DNA of 33,783 bases from an uncultured Desulfobacteraceae bacterium (GTDB lineage: Bacteria > Desulfobacterota > Desulfobacteria > Desulfobacterales > CAZWGD01), in contig CAZWGD010000001.1 of NCBI GenBank assembly GCA_964633235.1, positions 1-33,783 of the forward strand, written 5' to 3'. The position numbers and the translations under genes were made by a program. This document shows positions 33,428-33,783 of the stretch, in pieces. The notes under the pieces are model-generated. The model did no database searches, was not told the DNA's origin, and saw only the letters and a program-made list of their open reading frames with translations. Numbering within the stretch: position 1 is the first letter of the stretch; every line of letters begins with the position of its first letter.

Positions 33428-33783
33428 TTGAAGACGACCGCAGCCACACTGCGCATGATGGTGTATGCCTCCTTGCTGGCGGCCCTGACCGCTGTGGGGG
33501 CGTCTATTTCCATCCCCATCGGACCTGTTCCGGTGGTAATGTCCAATTTTTTTGTTCTGCTCACCGGCCTTCTGTTAGGCCCCCGCTGGGGGGTTGCCGC
33601 CATCGGCGTTTATCTTCTCATGGGGGCCTGCGGGCTGCCGGTATTTTCCGGCGCCGTAGGCGGGATTGGAAAATTTGTGGGACCCACCGGAGGATATCTT
33701 CTGGGATACCTGCCGGCGGTATATCTTACCGGCTGGATATCAAAACGGGGCGGTGGACGCATGGGTTACGATTTGGTTGCCAT
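33428..33783 (+). CDS. bioY: Biotin transporter BioY (5' part; runs off the window end)
   Basis: This ORF is absent from the ORF track because no stop lies inside the window. The translation is LKTTAATLRMMVYASLLAALTAVGASISIPIGPVPVVMSNFFVLLTGLLLGPRWG...GLPVFSGAVGGIGKFVGPTGGYLLGYL, which matches the BioY pattern. TTG 33428 is preceded by GGGAGGG at 7 nt. Confidence 0.8.
   Translation, partial: MKTTAATLRMMVYASLLAALTAVGASISIPIGPVPVVMSNFFVLLTGLLLGPRWGVAAIGVYLLMGACGLPVFSGAVGGIGKFVGPTGGYLLGYLPAVYLTGWISKRGGGRMGYDLVA

Noticed and set aside
33338-33430. The birA TGA stop is in the same frame as bioY, with no further stop in the 29 intervening codons. This raises the idea of read-through/Sec or a BirA-BioY fusion.
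   Set aside because: The intervening translation (TGHCKEVYTPGIRPRLRVGHDVCKHGRVK) has no family support. BirA ends at a normal length. bioY has its own good RBS (GGGAGGG) and TTG start. No hairpin follows the TGA. This is most likely coincidence.

Overview
This 33.8 kb window has moderate GC content and codes densely on both strands. It most likely comes from a sulfate-reducing deltaproteobacterium (Desulfobacterota). The clues are a tetraheme cytochrome c3, a four-subunit 2-oxoacid:ferredoxin oxidoreductase (OFOR), a giant HgdC-type activase fusion and a probable selenoprotein. I support about 30 protein genes. I found no rRNA, tRNA, CRISPR array, transposase or integrase. Left to right the window holds: a TPR lipoprotein; a large SH3b/ankyrin-repeat lipoprotein; a ~12 kb minus-strand gene string (1433-aa double-activase fusion, OFOR gamma, a GltD-like flavoprotein fused to the OFOR delta ferredoxin, OFOR alpha, OFOR beta, an NitT/TauT-type ABC importer, YcgN); a rhomboid protease; a small rubredoxin-like CxxC protein coupled to a Fur-family regulator; crcB plus DUF190; an M24-fold hydrolase; a membrane protein; a tandem SagB-type nitroreductase; a minus-strand envelope-type operon (DUF1573 protein, HAD, NlpC/P60, alpha/beta hydrolase); priA; cytochrome c3; an MFS transporter; recD2; and birA-bioY. 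The strongest finding is hidden by the ORF track. The two ORFs 24702..25028 and 24153..24605 are one DUF1573 gene interrupted by an in-frame TGA. That TGA falls on the first Cys of the family's conserved CGC motif and is followed at once by a hairpin. This points to a selenocysteine-containing DUF1573 protein (U-G-C). Secondary leads are the flavoprotein-linked OFOR next to the activase fusion, a periplasmic ankyrin lipoprotein, a 23-bp inverted repeat with a candidate BirA operator upstream of birA, and repeated AAACCGG/CCGGTTT palindromes in the cytochrome c3 leader. All family assignments come from motif recognition by eye, since no searches could be run.
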